Below are positions 62,422-64,000 of a DNA stretch of 64,000 bases, piece by piece. This DNA is from Paraspadella gotoi. Taxonomy: Eukaryota; Animalia; Chaetognatha. The DNA is taken from positions 5,302,371 to 5,366,370 of the forward strand of contig CM119271.1 of the NCBI GenBank assembly GCA_051294375.1, written 5' to 3'. The notes beneath the pieces are model-generated. The model saw only the letters and a list, made by a program, of their open reading frames with translations, ran no database searches and had not been told where the DNA came from. Positions within the stretch are counted from its first letter, which is position 1, and every line of letters starts with the position of its first letter. Position numbers and translations under genes: made by a program.

Positions 62422-63062
62422 GCTATCGCCAAAGAATCTACTCAGAAAATTAATGAAATAATAAAATGTCAATAACGTTGCATCTCAAAAGACTACCTTC
62501 CCAAAAAAAAAAAATAAATAAATAGATAAATGAAAAAACAATAAACCAAAAACTATAAAAACATCCATCGGACTCAGTTGATTAACCGCGTTGGAATTCT
62601 CCCCATCTATTTCGTTATTTCCGTCACTCGCAGAAACCGAACGACTCGAAATAACGAAGCCACGCCTACCCGCGCGCGGGCAGCACGGGCAGCCCGTCCG
62701 CCGGGCCTCCTTCCTCATTCGCCTCACGCGCCAAATCAATAAAATATTAATTTTTAATTCTATCACTCGAGGGGGAAGAGGGCAGAACGGACCCTTCGTG
62801 ACGAGAGACGGTACAAGCGTTTTGAGGACAGTCGACACGGATGGCGACACATTTTCATTAACATTTTAATTCACACAAATTTGTACGAATTTTAGTTTTA
62901 ACCTTGCAGTGTGAAGTAGGAATAGTAATAACTGTTTAATATTCGAAATATTAATAATAAATAATTATCTTGACTATATCTTTCGGCCAAGTCGACATCT
63001 CAGCTGCCAGGCCGCAGAGAACAAGACACTTGTGCCCTTTAGTCACTCTTGTTGTGAAAATT

Positions 63063-63107
<45 letters not shown>

Positions 63108-63599
63108 TCCTTGTTAATCCTCGACAGGAATTTCGAAGGTTTTCAGGCCAACAGCTAATGATTCTCTCTCTGCCCACTGACAGTTCCGCCTGGAGAATAA
63201 AGAAGGGNNNNNNNNNNNNNNNNNNNNNNNNNNNNNNNNNNNNNNNNNNNNNNNNNNNNNNNNNNNNNNNNNNNNNNNNNNNNNNNNNNNNNNNNNNNNN
63301 NNNNNNNNNNNNNNNNNNNNNNNNNNNNNNNNNNNNNNNNNNNNNNNNNNNNNNNNNNNNNNNNNNNNNNNNNNNNNNNNNNNNNNNNNNNNNNNNNNNN
63401 NNNNNNNNNNNNNNNNNNNNNNNNNNNNNNNNNNNNNNNNNNNNNNNNNNNNNNNNNNNNNNNNNNNNNNNNTGAATTTGAAAGAAAGAACGGAACAGAC
63501 AATTTAATATACCATCTGCTCTCTACAAGCTTAACTCATTAATTTAAATTAATCACCGGACCTTATAAGTATGGAATATTTGTACATTTGTTTCTCGGG

Positions 63600-63740
63600 A
63601 CATCTCCTATTGACTGAGTGATACTAAAATATCCAAGTTTTACATCATTCAGGGGCATTTGAGCGTAAGTGCGATAGCGAAATTGACAGACAGACTGACT
63701 GACTGATAAAGTTGCTCACCGAGATATAAAGGTAAGGCGG
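63600..63740 (+). mobile_element. Possible fragment of a second Helitron-type non-autonomous element
   Basis: CCAAGTTTTACATC...GACAGACAGACTGACTGACTGA...GATATAAAGGTAAG resembles the microsatellite-bearing ends of such elements; single copy in window. Confidence 0.25.
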
Positions 63741-64000
63741 AGAGACGGATGAATTTTAACGAGTGACAAAAACAGACAAGTGGACGGATTTTAAGGAAAA
63801 AACGATGAGAGGGGAAAAACGAAACCGACAGGATGCGCGACTAGGAGATCAGAGAGAAAAGCGAAAATGCGAGGAATAAATATGCGGAAATGGGGAAAAA
63901 AAATTCCTGCAAGAGTTATGCCACCTTTTCTTGGCTGCATCGGACCTATGAACTGGTCTCCGCAGGTGAAAGGTGGAGAGAGAGAGAGAGAGAGAGAGAG

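Overview
Eukaryotic (most likely invertebrate animal) draft-assembly DNA: AT-rich, saturated with (GA)n/(GAC)n/(GAAA)n microsatellites and broken by many N gaps. Almost all ORFs in the supplied track are simple-repeat translations. There is no prokaryotic operon, rRNA or CRISPR array. About half of the window lies in duplicated blocks: a ~6.4 kb-arm inverted duplication (7050-13537 vs 13954-20240), a ~10.5 kb tandem duplication (20390-30791 vs 30817-41576), and a noisy reverse-complement segment (31904-34280). Each abuts a gap of exactly 25 N and the copies differ mainly by single-base indels, so they are best read as unpolished long-read gap-fill artefacts. Biology recoverable by eye: (1) a minus-strand spliced gene whose three phase-compatible exons (18189-17855, 17111-17011, 16768-16672) rebuild a complete immunoglobulin domain, with candidate signal-peptide and Tyr-motif tail exons; (2) a frameshift-riddled BEL/Pao LTR retrotransposon gag-pol (~51630-56160), with an oppositely oriented gag-like ORF upstream and a possible extra ORF downstream; (3) a minimal type I hammerhead ribozyme (45367-45420, minus); (4) a Helentron/DINE-1-like non-autonomous family; (5) a tRNA-derived SINE; (6) 42-bp, 21-bp and variable-unit minisatellites; (7) a CpG-rich promoter-like island with a perfect RFX X-box and paired GTCACGTGAC E-boxes. 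I found no convincing new multi-gene system. All family assignments come from motif recognition, not database searches.
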